Shown here one piece after another: positions 40,343 to 54,642 of a stretch of DNA of 64,000 nt (its first letter is position 1; each line of letters begins with the position of its first letter). The notes under the pieces were generated by a model. That model was not told the origin of the DNA, ran no database searches, and saw nothing but the letters and a program-made list of their open reading frames with translations. Both the position numbers and the translations under genes were made by a program. Source of the DNA: Octopus vulgaris (lineage: Eukaryota); NCBI GenBank assembly GCA_951406725.2, contig OX597819.1:3968001-4032000 (forward strand), read 5' to 3'.

Positions 40343-42519
40343 GGGCAGGATTCGTGACAAACGAACTGTAAACAGATACTTCGCTGCGGGCTAGCTAGGA
40401 AGTTGGTCAGCAGGAAAGAAAAGGACTTCCGGGAGGAGAATGAAAACAGAAGCTCTGAAAACAAGCTCTGGCCCAAGCAACCATGCTTTCCCATCCCCAC
40501 ATGTCAGCTCGAACTGCACTCACAGTTGATCATCCGACACAGCTATTGGGGGCGTTTTGGAACAATACATCAACAGTCAGTGGCGACCGCTCAACTTCTT
40601 CAGCCGACAACTACGACCCCCTGAACAGAAATACAGTGCTTTCGACAGGGAACTACTGGCTGTCCATCTAGTTATCCGCCACTTTCGGTATTTCTTTGAA
40701 GGCCGCACGTTTACAGTATTCACGGATCACAAATCACACACTTTTGCTATGAGCAAGCTCTTGGAGCCTTGGTCTGCACGCCAACAACGACCGCTATCGG
40801 CAATTTCTGAGTACACCACAGACATCCAACACATAGCTGGCAAGGACCAGTTGTCGACGGACTCTCTTGTGCTCCTACCTGCTCTTGCACCTACCTAGCA
40901 CCAATAACAGAAGGCTTGGATTACGAAGCTATGGGTGCAACTCAACAAACAGATGATGAGATCAAGACCTATCGCACTGCCATCACATCACTTTCTTCGC
41001 AGGATGTACGCTTTGGCTCTAACGGCACAACCCTAATGTGTGATATATCCACTGGCAAGCCACGACCGATCGTCCCATCAGCTTAGCGCAAGAAAGTTTT
41101 CGACATCATTCACGGACTTTCCCACCCAGGTACTAAAGCCATACAGCGGCTGCTGTCAAGCAAATTTATCTGGCACGGTATGGCCAAGCAAATCGGGGAC
41201 TGGACCAGGTCAACGAGCCAAGGTCCCCTGTCAACAATCCAAGGTCCATCAACACATCAAAGCACCCCTCGGCAACTATGAACCATCTCAAGTCCGATTC
41301 AGCCACGTCTACATCGACTTTAGCGGTCCCCTACCACCTTCACAGAGTTGCTCGTATCTACTGACCTTGATGGACCGCTACGCCCGTTGGCCTGAAGCTA
41401 TCCCTCTTGCAGCACAGAAACACAAGTAGTTAGCCGAGCTTTCATCGCAAACTGGATCGCCCGTTTCGGTGTCTCAGATAGCATCTCATCCGATCGGAGT
41501 CTACAAATCATTTCAAAGTTGTGGAATGACATGTGTGACCTTTTCGGAATCACAATGAACAGCACCAACAGCCTACCACCCACAGGATAAGGGATTAGTG
41601 GAGAGATTTCACGGCCGTCTGAAGGAATCATTGACAACCAGACTTCACGGGCCAAATTAGATCGATCAACTCCCATGGGTAATGCTGAGAATCCGCACTG
41701 CCCCAAAAGAAAATCTCAACACTTCCTCCGTGGAAATGGTATACGGTGCTCCACTTACAGTGCCAGGAGAGTTCCATCCGAATACGAATTCAGACTCGGT
41801 TGTCAAAAAGTACCTCGCTCAACTGAGTGACAGCGTGGGCCAGTTGCGCCCTGTCCCCATGCTGACCACACGATACACCCAGATCATCCTTACCAAATGA
41901 CCTCCACACGGCTAACTTTGTGTTCGTTCGACGTGACACACAATGAAGACCTCCTCCGGTCACCCTACGATGGTCTATATCAAGTCATACAACCGGGAGA
42001 TAAAACATTCCAACTCCTAATTGGTGGATGACAAGACACAGTCTCCATCGATAGATTGAAATCAGCCCATCTCGATATTGACAGCCCCGTCCAGTTGGCC
42101 AAACCACCGAACAGGGGGCCGTCCTAGACAGATCACACCAACCCTTGACAAGGAGTAGTCAACGAAGAATCGAGTAACAGCACGCAGAGGCAGGACAGTT
42201 AAAACGATATCTCGTTTCCAATGACAGCCTACAGTTCTGGAGGGGCGCTATGTAGGGCAGGATTCGTGACAGATGAACTGTAGACAGATACTTCGCTACG
42301 GGCTAGCTAGGAAGTTGGTCAGCAGGAAAGAAAAGGACTTCCGGAAGGAGAATGAAAACAGAAGAATGTCAGGAGCAAGCGTGGAACGAATCTGAGTGAA
42401 CCATTCAAAAATAACTGACGACTTACGCCCTATTGTACCTGAAGTAATAAACCTTTGGTAAATGTATTCTCGTCTCCACTAGTTTGTTTGCGTATAGCTT
42501 AACAAAGCTATAAGCTACT
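40343..42519 (+). mobile_element. internally deleted Ty3/Gypsy LTR retrotransposon: partial 5' LTR, RNase H, integrase, PPT, 3' LTR
   Basis: RNase H KYSAFDRELLAV...FTVFTDHK; integrase HGLSHPG, CQQSK, YIDFSGPLP, DRYARWPEAIPL, RFG...SD; many frameshifts; PPT GGAGGGG before TGTAG at 42251. Confidence 0.95.
42251..42519 (+). repeat. 3' LTR; first part duplicated at 40343-40452
   Basis: 105/110 identity with 40343-40452; AATAAA near 42446; 3' end uncertain (42504 or ~42519). Confidence 0.85.
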
Positions 42520-42889
42520 TTATGTGAGTCTACGTATTCATGCCTGTTATCAGTCTATACGTATGTATGCATGTTCTATTAATCTGTCTATTAAATCGTA
42601 AGTGTTTGACGTGTTGTTGTATCTGTGACAGCTGGTCAAGCTAGGGTAGCAGCACAATTTGACAGCTGAGACAGCTACAACTGTGAATAAAGATCTTATG
42701 AAAGATAGGACCAACATTTTTCAACACAATCACCAGGAACTCCGCGGGGCTATTAGCTGCCATCTATTTTGTTACGTTACATGTGTATATGTGTCATTTT
42801 TATAATTTGCATTACTCTGTGTGTGTGTTTATGTATCTGTATATGTTAGTGAATATATTAGGATCATATATAAATATATATTTATACAT

Positions 42890-42911
42890 ACGTATATATA
42901 CGCATATGTAC

Positions 42912-42986
<75 letters not shown>

Positions 42987-42987
42987 C

Positions 42988-43042
<55 letters not shown>

Positions 43043-43077
43043 CACATATATATATATATATACACACATATATATAT

Positions 43078-43129
<52 letters not shown>

Positions 43130-43152
43130 GTACCCATACACACACACACATA
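42890..43152. repeat. (TA)n/(CATATA) microsatellite
   Basis: Direct reading. Confidence 0.95.
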
Positions 43153-44094
43153 TGGCTGTTAAATATGACATATTTTTCATCTTATAATTTAGTTTTGTCT
43201 ACCACAACCATGGATACCACACAAATTGCTGAATCGAAATCTGGCGGCACTAATTCTTCATAAACTTCTTGATCCACACTTATTTTGGTTCTCTGTCGTC
43301 TTAACACTTGGGTCACGCGCATAATCTAATAGACAGTTGCCAATGAACTAAATATAAATATTCAGAACACCATATGTTAATATTGTAAAATCTCTAAAGA
43401 AATTAGTGAAGCATGGCAAAGAATTTCATCTTCATTTCCATGCATGTTCCATCCATGCTGTGTAGTATAAATAGAAAGCAATCAACCGTTGTAGATTCAA
43501 ATGTTGTTCTGAAAAATCAAATGTAAAAAAAAAAATAGAGACCCTCTAGATTCTACAATAAAATAATTCTACAATGTAAAAAAAAAAAAAACACGTGCCA
43601 AGATCATGCCAGACTGAAGATTTTTTTGGATAAACTTTAGGGTACAAAAGGATCTTTAGAGGGTACTATAGATTGTAGATGTTCCTATTTAGATTTAGAT
43701 TTAAATACCTAACTCATACTTTCTACATCATTTTCATCAAAGCTTGTTAACGAAAATCCCAGAGAAACATTATTCATAAACATTATCTCATGGTATCGAC
43801 GGCAGTATAGTTTGTTCTAATAGAACATCCACTAACATATATGGATAAATATTACCTCCCGGTATAGATATTGCCTCGCTAATATATATTTAACTAAAGA
43901 TGTTTGATTTTCGGCCCGACAGTGTGACATCAAAGGTGCACATATTGAAATAATAATCAAATTTAAATTCAATAGAGTATTTACCATAATTTGATTGTAA
44001 GAATATGTGCCATTTCCTATTCTTCTAAATAAAAGTTCTTTTTCCATCTACGGCATTGTCATGGAGATATCTAAGATAAAGGAGCGCCACACTA

Positions 44095-44300
44095 AATATT
44101 GGTTTCAAATTCTGGCACAAGGCCAGCAATTTCGGAGGAGGAGCTAGGTCGATTACATCGATTCCACTGCTCAACTACAACTTATCGATCCGAAAGGCAA
44201 AGTAGACACCCGGGCGACATTTGAACTCAAAACATAAAGACGGACGAAATGCCATTAGCCATCTTGCCCGGTGTGATAACGATTCTGCCAGCTCACCACA
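44095..44300 (-). mobile_element. SINE family A copy
   Basis: TGGCACAAGGCCAGCAATTTCGG...TTTGAACTCAAAAC...AACGATTCTGCCAGCTCACCAC. Confidence 0.85.
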
Positions 44301-44779
44301 TTAACACCAGGCTAATTATTATAGTGTTATTCTACGTGCTGCATTGGACACTTAACATTCTCATCAACATCATATTACAACGGATCGTGGACTCAATTAG
44401 GTCGCACTAGTTTGTTGACTTCATGTCACATTACAAGAAAGAAGGCATCTGCGTCGACACGCTCGCTTTAAGTAGTATTCCCTTATTTACTCGTTATGAA
44501 CCCAGATTTGTCTTCTCTGTTTCTTGCACCTATTCGACTCTAACTCGGTTCTCCTGAGTAGTTTTAAATCTGATGATTCTTTCCGTTCTTCTGCTGTATC
44601 ATAACTCGGGTTTAGTTGTCCGCCGAGTAGTATATTGGTGATATAATCTTTGTCATTCCATGTATATTACAGATACGTATCTAACTAGGGTTATGATCGG
44701 ATTTCCGGCTTGTTATTCCAGATGTCTACCACTGTAGAATAGTAAAGTATATATACATTCATGCATAAATGCATATCAG

Positions 44780-44977
44780 ACTGGCTCTCGTCGGTTACAA
44801 CGGCAAGAGTTACATTTTGTCCGATCAACGGAACAACTTGCTCGTGAAATTAACGTGCAACTGGCAGAGCATTCCCCTCAGGGAAATTCAGCGAGTCTCA
44901 GAATATGACAAGGCTGGCTCTTTTGAATTACAATTACAACTCATGTTTACTAGCTGAATGGACTAGAGCAACGTGAC
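44780..44977 (-). mobile_element. 3' part of a family C-related SINE
   Basis: Reverse complement matches 17300-17481 (CCGATCAA.GGAACA, AAATTAACGTGCAA, GACAAGG.TGGC). Confidence 0.75.
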
Positions 44978-46046
44978 TGAGCAGATCTCAATATTTCCGT
45001 TCTGATCATTGTAAGTGAGGGATGTCAAGAGTCTAAACTGAGCCACTGAATAAAAATGGGTCAGTTTATTAAGGTAACGCTACTTGTTACTGATATGCTT
45101 AGAAGTACGGTAAAGTGGACTTCTTTATTTTTTTTTGGTTCACAAACACCTAAGTACAACAGTAGCACATCCATTTTAAATCAGTAGACATACGATCAAT
45201 GTGATTTGTGTTTTAGTCTATGTTTTCAGATATCGTTTTAATTTTTTTGCGAGCTTCTCTCTGTATTTAAACTGGACTCGTCAAAGAAAGGAAGCTGAAG
45301 GCGATTTCGCACAGCAACTTCATTGGTAGCCATAGATTATAATTCATAATGTTTGTAGTTAAATCTAAATCAGTAAAAGTAGACAGCTAGCTACATTAAA
45401 ACAAATAAAAAAAATGATAACTCATATTCCATATTTTGTTCAGCTAGACGGAGAAATGTGCCGTCGATACATAAGAGCTCACGAAACTCCAACATATAAT
45501 AAAAATTGCGATCACACTTGTGCCAATCACGTATGTCCTTTAAATTTGCGTTATAATTCAAGTATGTTCTCGCAAATGTAATTAATTAATTCTATAATTG
45601 ATACATTCGGTAATTATATGAGCCGTGTGTATGCAACGTAAGATGTTTTAAAGTGATATGTGGTGGACATGCATACTAGATAATTCAATGATGTTATATG
45701 AGTATAAACTTTATGAAGTGAAACAACGGGTGTCTATGAAAATAACGGTTACTCTTACAGGAACAGGAATGGGAACTGTGATAGATATGTGAAAATATTT
45801 ATGTAGCACAATTAGCTAAGAGATTAGTCAAGTTCTAGAGCGAGTTCACACTGCGTTCTTAATACATTTTTAACCTCACATATACGTGCACAAACACATA
45901 CTTTCGTTTCTATGTGTCTAAGAATAACGTTGTGTGCTTAAGTATTATTTACAGGAAACCACAGAAGCATATGTGTGTATGCGCGTGTATTGATGTATGT
46001 GTATATGTATATGTGTGCGTGTGTGTGTATCTGAATATATATATGC

Positions 46047-46049
<3 letters not shown>

Positions 46050-46101
<52 letters not shown>
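46050..46101. repeat. (TG)n microsatellite
   Basis: Direct reading. Confidence 0.95.
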
Positions 46102-46104
<3 letters not shown>

Positions 46105-46317
46105 AAATATAAATGAAGAACCATCGATAAATGTGGGAACAAGACATTCAACGGTGTAGCTTGAATGCAATACAACTGTAAATGATAGTTTATAATAAAT
46201 TGGTTTAGAAACCCATTTAATCCACCACAAGAAAGCTCAAAGAGAAACGGAAAGCTACCTCTGTGACGCAGCCTACGCATCTTTATCAACCTTAGCAGAC
46301 GTGCAATTGGTAACCGT

Positions 46318-46318
46318 C

Positions 46319-46414
<96 letters not shown>

Positions 46415-46463
46415 GCAAGCTAGCTAGCTAGCTAGCTAGCTATCTATCTACCTAGCTACCTAC

Positions 46464-46530
<67 letters not shown>

Positions 46531-46564
46531 GCTACCTACCTACCTACCTACCTACCCATCTACC
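46318..46564. repeat. (TATC)n/(TAGC)n/(TACC)n compound tetranucleotide repeat
   Basis: Direct reading. Confidence 0.95.
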
Positions 46565-46962
46565 ATTGTGTATATGTATGTTTGTATGTGTAGTGATCTT
46601 GGGATAATTAGTTTTATAACAAGAGAGCTCACATACTGCGAATATGAAAAAAAACAAATTTATTTAGCAATATATAGATAGACATTTCAACGCTGCCTTT
46701 TCTCCTTTCAGGGTTGATAAAGTAGTAGGTGTTAGTTGAATACTAAGATCGATGTAATCGACTTATACACAGCCGCGATATTGCTGGCCTTGTGCCAAAA
46801 TTTGAAACTAATATATAGATAGGCATAATAAATATATATTACTATTTAGACATAGAGTAAAATTGTTAGCGCGCTGGACATAATGTTTAGCATCCTTAAA
46901 GAGGAAGAAATGGCGTTGAGCATTTTATCTGATGCGCTAACCATTATGCCAGCTCACCACCT

Positions 46963-47134
46963 TACTACTACTACTACTACGACTACGACTACTACTACTA
47001 CTACTACTACTAATAATAATAATAATAATAACATTAATAATAATAGTAAAAATAATGAGAAGAAGAAGAAGAAGAAGAAGAAGAAGAAGAAGAAGAAGAA
47101 GAAGAAGAAGAAGAAGAAGAAGAAGAAGAAGAAG
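46963..47134. repeat. (CTA)n(TAA)n(AAG)n compound repeat
   Basis: Direct reading. Confidence 0.95.
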
Positions 47135-47432
47135 ATTTTTCCCCACTTCGAATTGTCCTGTCGATACATTTTTAAAAATGCATTTAAACAATTTGAGTTT
47201 GTCCTACTATAAATAATAACTATTTCATCAGAGCATTTTACTTTTTTTTTTATAAATAGTTCCAAACAATTCTTCTAAAAGAAGTTCGATCAGATTCAAT
47301 TCGTAACTATGGAAACCACACGTAAAATTAGTTCATCACCAAAATACAAACCAGAACTGGCACAAAAACAAACTAAAATCCTTCGCATAGCTTAGATTTG
47401 GAAAATGTGTTCAAAAGTGACTCATAGCCTTC

Positions 47433-47448
47433 AATAATAATAATAATG

Positions 47449-47522
<74 letters not shown>

Positions 47523-47526
47523 AATA

Positions 47527-47568
<42 letters not shown>

Positions 47569-47593
47569 TATTTCTATTACTACTACTACTACA

Positions 47594-47634
<41 letters not shown>

Positions 47635-47659
47635 TATTTTTATTACTACTACTACTACA

Positions 47660-47697
<38 letters not shown>

Positions 47698-47741
47698 TAT
47701 TTTTATTACTACTACTACTACAATTATTATTATTATTATTA

Positions 47742-47778
<37 letters not shown>

Positions 47779-47801
47779 CATTATTATTATTATTATTACT
47801 A
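47433..47801. repeat. (TAA)n(AAG)n followed by (TTA)n/(CTA)n compound repeat
   Basis: Direct reading. Confidence 0.95.
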
Positions 47802-47804
47802 TGA

Positions 47805-48022
47805 AGGCGGCGTACTCGCAGAATTGTTAGTACGCAGGTGAAAATTGTTAGCGGCATTTTGTCCGTTTTCTCTCTCCGAGTCCAAACTCCGTCGAGATAG
47901 ACTTTGCCTTTCATCCTTTACAGGTCGATAAAAGAAGACCCAGTAGAACACAGGGATAGGTGTAATTGATTTATTTCCTCCACCTGAAGTTGCTGACCTT
48001 GTGCCAAACTTTTGAAGCCATT
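47805..48022 (+). mobile_element. SINE family A copy
   Basis: AGGCGGCGTACTCGCAGAATTGTTAG...GACTTTGCCTTTCATCC...CCTTGTGCCAAA. Confidence 0.82.
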
Positions 48023-48534
48023 AGTGTGACTTGTTGTTGTTGTTGTTACTATTATTATTAGTATTATCCTTATGTATGGTTTTCATTTAAGCATACTTAT
48101 TCTGCAACCACGCAGATTCCTATTTTTGCGTAGCGGTGTATAATTTCTTCACTTCAGTGCTTGCTAACGTTTATAGATTTCGAGCTACAGAACTAAAATT
48201 ACCAAAGGTTTAGTTATGAGACATTGCATTTCAGATAAAGTATATTCATAGAATACATTGAATCTTCAAAAAAAATTCTGTGTTCTAGGTTCAATATAAA
48301 CATATATTACCTTGCATATTTTTCGTTGGCATATACAGTCAAACTATTTTTGATATTCTGATTGGTTTGTTTTGTGTTTTCAACCAGAAAATTATGTAAC
48401 TTCTTTTAAGGTTAATGTATATGAATATATTCATAAATTTGAAGAAACATTTAAGGGAAAACTGCTGCAGTATTTATGTATGTGTTTGTGTGTACATATA
48501 TGTGTGCATCTGCGTATGCTTGTGCGTGTGTGTG

Positions 48535-48711
<177 letters not shown>

Positions 48712-49145
48712 GCTTGAAATTCTTGGAGCTGGGGTGGGGGAAATAGTCGATTACATTGATACCAGTGCTCGAGTGATACTTATTCCATCAACCCCGAAAA
48801 GAGGAAAGGCAATGTCAACCTCAGCGGAATTTGAACTCAGAACAGTAAGGACGCACAATATGTCACTAAGCATATACCAATTTGTTGTTACACTCAGTGT
48901 AATTTATTTTCACTAAATTTCATAATATATCAAGAAATGAAATAATAAAACTAATTTGATGAAATATTAAGATTTAGTCGTAAAAAACATTGTGGTAGTT
49001 TTAATATTTACGAGCACTTTCAAATTCCGCCGAAGTCGACTTTGTCTTTCATCATTTCGGGGTCGACAAATGAAGTACCAGTTGCGTACAGGAGTCGATC
49101 TAATCGACAGGCCCCCTTCCCAAAAGTTTCGAACTTTGTGCTTAG
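48712..49145. mobile_element. two SINE family A fragments in opposite orientation (minus ~48712-48875, plus ~49019-49145)
   Basis: GGAATTTGAACTCAGAAC versus TTCAAATTCCGCCGAAGTCGACTTTG. Confidence 0.8.
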
Positions 49146-49737
49146 AGCAGATTACGAAAATGTTCACGCATGTGCATTAGTTTTGGTGGGAAAAAAATGA
49201 AGTCGGATATTTTTTTGAATACATTTCGTAGCTATTTAGGAATTGAAAAGGAAAACATCATTTGCAGTCAGCGAAATGCTTCAAAACCTGCAGATCCTCT
49301 AACCTGATTATAAAATTTCTTTTATACCAATTGTTATTGGTAAAGAGCAATTCATAAAATCACTGATTATAAAAATAATCCGAAGTCTTGCGATTTCATG
49401 ATGACCTTAATTATTGACATATTGTAAAACTAGACAGTAAATAATCAATAATGATTTGCTTATAACGCTCTAACTTAATGGAACATATATTTTTATTAGT
49501 TCCTACTTGCAGAATATTGCTAATAATCAAATGCATATTTTATCTGCTAAAGCCGTCTTCTTTTTTATGCCGATCAGACTGAACATTTGTTTTAAACCGA
49601 TCTGTCATGGCCTGTACATCCAGTTTCGATTTACAGTACATATAAATGACATATCTTCGCTCTGAAAATACAAAGACTGTATTATAGAAATCCCACTACA
49701 TGTAGTCTCTATGTATTTAACATCCTACTTATACCTA

Positions 49738-49959
49738 CTTCTTTACTACCCACAAGGGGCTAAACACAGAGGGGACAGACAAACGGATTAAGTCGATTAC
49801 ATCGACCCCAGTGCGTAACTGGTACTTAATTTATCGAACACGAAAGGATGAAAGGCAAAGTCGACCTCGGCGGAATTTGAACTCAGAACGTAGCAGCAGA
49901 CGAAATACGGCTACGCATTTGGCCCGGCGTGCTAACGGTTCTGCCAGCTCGCCGCCTTA
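49738..49959 (-). mobile_element. young SINE family A copy with target-site duplication
   Basis: Near-identical to 819-1050; flanked by ATCCTAC(T/C)TATACCTA at 49722-49737 and 49960-49975. Confidence 0.95.
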
Positions 49960-51479
49960 ATCCTACCTATACCTATCTACTAAGCTATCTTTAATTCCAT
50001 GCTTCTTTGTGTCTCCGCGTGCACACACACACACACGCATGTTTGCGTGTGTGTGTATGTATGTATGTATGCATGTATGTATGTTTATGTACAAACTATG
50101 TATGCTTTTGTGTGTACGTGCGTGTTCTCCCGGTCAACTGCGTCGGTTTTTATCTTTTATCCTCAACCCCTTTACCTTTCTTCCGGTCTTAGACTTCCCT
50201 CATACTTTTATTTTCGTACCTCTTTTTCACTCTGTTTAATCTTTTCGCAATGCCTGCAATTCGTTTATTTTCTCTGCCGTATTGTCCCTTCTACCCCAAC
50301 TCCCTCTAGATGGCTGCCTTCAAAAGTCTGTTTTTATTAGCAGCTTTCAAAAGCGTCACTGACCGAATTCGGCAATCATTCTATTCGATCCCCTCATATG
50401 TCTATTGTAAACGCTGCTTATTCGTTCACTCTTTCATTCTTTAATTCTTTCATTCTCTTGTTTATTTAATAATTTATCTTCAAATTCCAATCCCATCTGT
50501 TATTTTACCTCCGAATATTTACACGAAATTTACAACTGTTGTTTTCCATATTATTTCCCAGACATTAGGGAATTTGTCATTTCTTTATAACGAAGCAGTG
50601 ACGAACTCTTCCAATACTCTCTTCCTGCTCTCTGTTAATGACGCAGACACAATAATCACCAACCGTACATCTCTTACTCTTTTGTATTTTTTTCTACCCC
50701 CTTCCGAACGAAGCAAAGAATATAATCATTTACTTCCTTCCATTTCTTACCTCTCCATCTTACTGCAATTTTTTTTCTATTCAAGGGAAAACAGTGCCTC
50801 TGCAATCCCCTCACACCAAGCGGCTTCTACCAAATTAGATAACCACAAACGCCATTAAAATATTTTCCCGTTCCACGTTGACTTTAATTTGCTTTATTTA
50901 TCCTTTTTCCGTTCTCTATTCCTCTCGCTTCTCTAAATCAGTCTGCGTCTGCTGTTGTTTTACAGATGCTGATGTTTTATTATGGCCCCCGGAGATCGAC
51001 ACCAGCATTTCATTCTTCATTGTATCTACCCAGAAACAGAATTCTGTTTATTTAATATTTCATGTATCAGTTTTTGTGTGCGCGCGCATGTGTCTGTGTA
51101 TGTCTAGGTGCATGCATGTATGTATATGCTGACTGTCTGTATTCGTGCGTACGAAAGTGTGTACAACATTATTAATGTTAACCCACATTTTCATTAAAAT
51201 TTTTCTATTTTCTTACACCCACAATGAGATTTCCCACAGCAAAGAGAAAGTAATTCAAAATTGCTCGCCCTGCAAAATATGCTACAAACTAAAAGTTGCA
51301 ACTGCTGCACATTACCATCGCTTATTCCTTCAATTAAAAAAAAACAAATAAAACTTAATGTACATATCAATTTATATCTTTGTTACTGTTTATCTAACAC
51401 ACACAAGCTTATGCACACACACACACACACACACATATGGAAACATAAAAGACTTTTTCAATTCCTGAGTGTTATACTA

Positions 51480-51719
<240 letters not shown>

Positions 51720-51829
51720 CTTTCTCGTTTGCTTCCTTGTTTTTTTAGTTCTAAAAACGAAACCAGTTTATAAAAACCAGAGTGTTATAAAATATGTTGC
51801 CTTACAGGTGCTTGTTTTAATATTTTCTT

Positions 51830-52059
51830 CTTTTATTCTTTTACTTGTTTCAGTCATGTCAATGCGGTCATGCTGGAGCACCACTTTAAAGGGGTTTTAG
51901 TCAAAGAAATCGACCCCAAGACTTATTTTTTGCAAGCCTGATACTTGCTCTATCGGTGGTTTTTACTGACTGCTAAGTTATGGGAAAGTAAACACGCCAA
52001 CCTCGGTTGCCAAGCGATGGTTGGGGAACAAACACATACACAAAGGCAAACACACATAA

Positions 52060-52153
<94 letters not shown>

Positions 52154-52184
52154 TACATATACATATATACATATACATATATAC

Positions 52185-52238
<54 letters not shown>

Positions 52239-52283
52239 GACGAGCTCCTTTCAGTTTCCGTCTACCAAATCTACTCAAGGCTT
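51830..52283 (-). mobile_element. head-truncated SINE family B copy with an expanded internal (TA)n
   Basis: CTTTTACTTGTTTCAGTCAT...(TA)n of ~175 bp...TTTCAGTTTCCGTCTACCAAATC. Confidence 0.85.
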
Positions 52284-52700
52284 TTGTTGGAAAGCAAAAA
52301 CGACTTTATTGGGATTTAAATGAGGGCGAAAAGTCGACTCTACATAATCCCGCAAAACTGCTTGACAGACTCGTTTTTCTTTTGCTTATTGACATTCTTT
52401 CTTGAATATGGTGAATAACTAAACACACATATGTTCACAATGCTACATGTAAGCTAATGTATTTTACATTATGTTTTCTGATTCTTCTCAACAAAAGTTT
52501 CAAGAAAATATAAGCACTGATTTGTCATAATTACTGTAAGAGAAATGTTTTAAATTAATCGCACTTTAGAGATTTACGAAACTATTTGAAGATGATCTAT
52601 AACATTTCAATTTGAAAAGCGTCATTTTAGAAAACGTGGACCATGAATAACATTTTAAGATCTTTAATCGTTTAATTATAGGCTTCTATTCATTAAAATA

Positions 52701-53397
52701 CGAGGGAGAGTCAAAAGTTACACGCACTCTTGTTTTTACAATATATTTACACAAACGCTGGAGATAAACAAGTAGGTCATTTTTCTATATAATTTCCTTC
52801 CTTTTCGATGCACTTAGTCCAGTGGTCCACAAGCTTGCGTATTTCCTCCAAGAAGGTTTTCGGTTGGTCGTGCAACCATCTACGCACCACTTCCTTCACA
52901 TCTTCATCCTTAGGAAATCGACGACCTCGATTTCCTAAGTTACGTTAGTCGGAAAGGGCGAGATCTGGGCTGTAGGTAGGGTGTTCCAGGACCTCAAAAC
53001 TCAATTGGTTAATGCTTTCAACTGTCTGGGCGGCCGTGTGTGGGCGTGAATTTTCAGGCAACAACAAAGTTTTTTTTCGACAATAGGCTTCGGTGTTCGG
53101 TACGAATTGCTGGCTTCAGTTTCTTGGCCAGCAAAGCACTGTATCTTGCACTGTTGATCGTACAACCCTTTTCCAGAGAAATCGGATCGCTGATCTTTGT
53201 TCTTCTTTGGTGCACATTGTTAGTGGAGGGGCCATCCTTACACTGTAAAGCCAGAAAGGAAAATGGTGCGATCTAGCTCTAACTTCGAGCACGTGGATAC
53301 AATAGTACCAACTATAAGTGCGCATGTGCAGAAGGCAGTGTGACAATAATAAAGATATATTATGGTGAAAGTGCGGATAATTTTTGACTTCCCCTCA
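52701..53397 (-). mobile_element. internally deleted mariner transposon
   Basis: TA-flanked TIRs (C/T)GAGGG..AGTCAAAA.TTA..CGCACT; transposase pieces CTKEEQRSAIRFLW, EHPTYSPDLAP, WTKCIEKEGNYIEK*. Confidence 0.93.
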
Positions 53398-54547
53398 TAG
53401 ATTAACATTCAAACAAAATGGTTTTTGAACAAAAGACCTCTATCTGTAAGCCTTTGTTTCTTTATATTTTGTTACAATGCGAAATTATTTATTTTTGTTT
53501 CAATGGCTGGTGCGCGTAGTAGAGTAAAAGTGTACAATTAGTTTCGATCTAGACAACGTTCTGGCGACTTCGCTTCACAAATGTTAACAGTGTCAATGGA
53601 AAGACGATGTAGTCATCTGAAAGATAGGTCTGTATTGTCTTTGCATTTATTGAGTTTATTTAGTATACTATTTAGTATTGCTCTGTTCTTCGTGAAATGA
53701 AATCATATTGATTACCGTTACGATAATTATTCAGGTATATGAAATTGTCATATCAAATTTAGGATAATGTCATAGATCGTGCTAATGTCAGTTAACGTAT
53801 AAATGTTATGGCATATTCTTAAAATGTTCATAATATGAAAGTATATGCTATTATATGAAAGTATTAATCACTAGTTTTTAGGAATAAGTTTACTAAGAGG
53901 AGTAGCCTTTTGTGAAACCCAACCAGCAGACCATAAACTCTTAAAGAAGCTCATTAACTGATTTCTATGAGCAATTATAAATTTGTAACAATTATAACCT
54001 CGATCAGTCAAACGAATAATCAATCAGTCAGTCAAGTATATATTTATTGGTAGATTATTAAGCAGGAGAGGATGAAACAGAAACTTAACCATATCGATTG
54101 TTGCGTGTAGCCACATCGATTGTATTAATGTTGCCGGAAGTCCACGAGATATTTTACAGTGTCAAAGGTAACGTGTCAAACAATGTAATGGCGCCAGGAT
54201 ATATGACTAGTTTTGTGAATGGGAATGGAAATAACGCAATAAATATAGATGTCTGTTCAATGTCAAGTGATGAAGGGGAAATATCTAACTCTGAATAGTA
54301 ATAGGAATGTTTTAGCTGTAGTTGCAAAAACACATGCCAATAACTCTCGCGCATACATACACACAAACACATTCAGGCATGTCATACATACAAAGACACA
54401 AACAGGCAGGTTCAACCACACAGTTTCACAGGCAACCGCTTTCGTTTGAAGTTAAATTTAATAAGCAATGTTTTGACAGTACTTGAAAATTTTCAGATTC
54501 CATTGTTTCTTCTTTGAATATATGTATACATTCATGTACACGCAAAT

Positions 54548-54642
54548 ATGTGTATGTATGTATGTATGTATGTATGTATGTATGTATGTATGTATGTATG
54601 TATGTATGTATGTATGTATGTATGTATGTATGTATGTATGTA
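54548..54642. repeat. (TATG)n microsatellite
   Basis: Direct reading. Confidence 0.96.

Noticed and set aside
50950-51050. Possible exon after TGTTTTACAG in a pyrimidine-rich region
   Set aside because: No recognisable peptide and no convincing donor site.
54098-54298. 66-aa non-repetitive ORF
   Set aside because: Length expected by chance; no motif or splice support.
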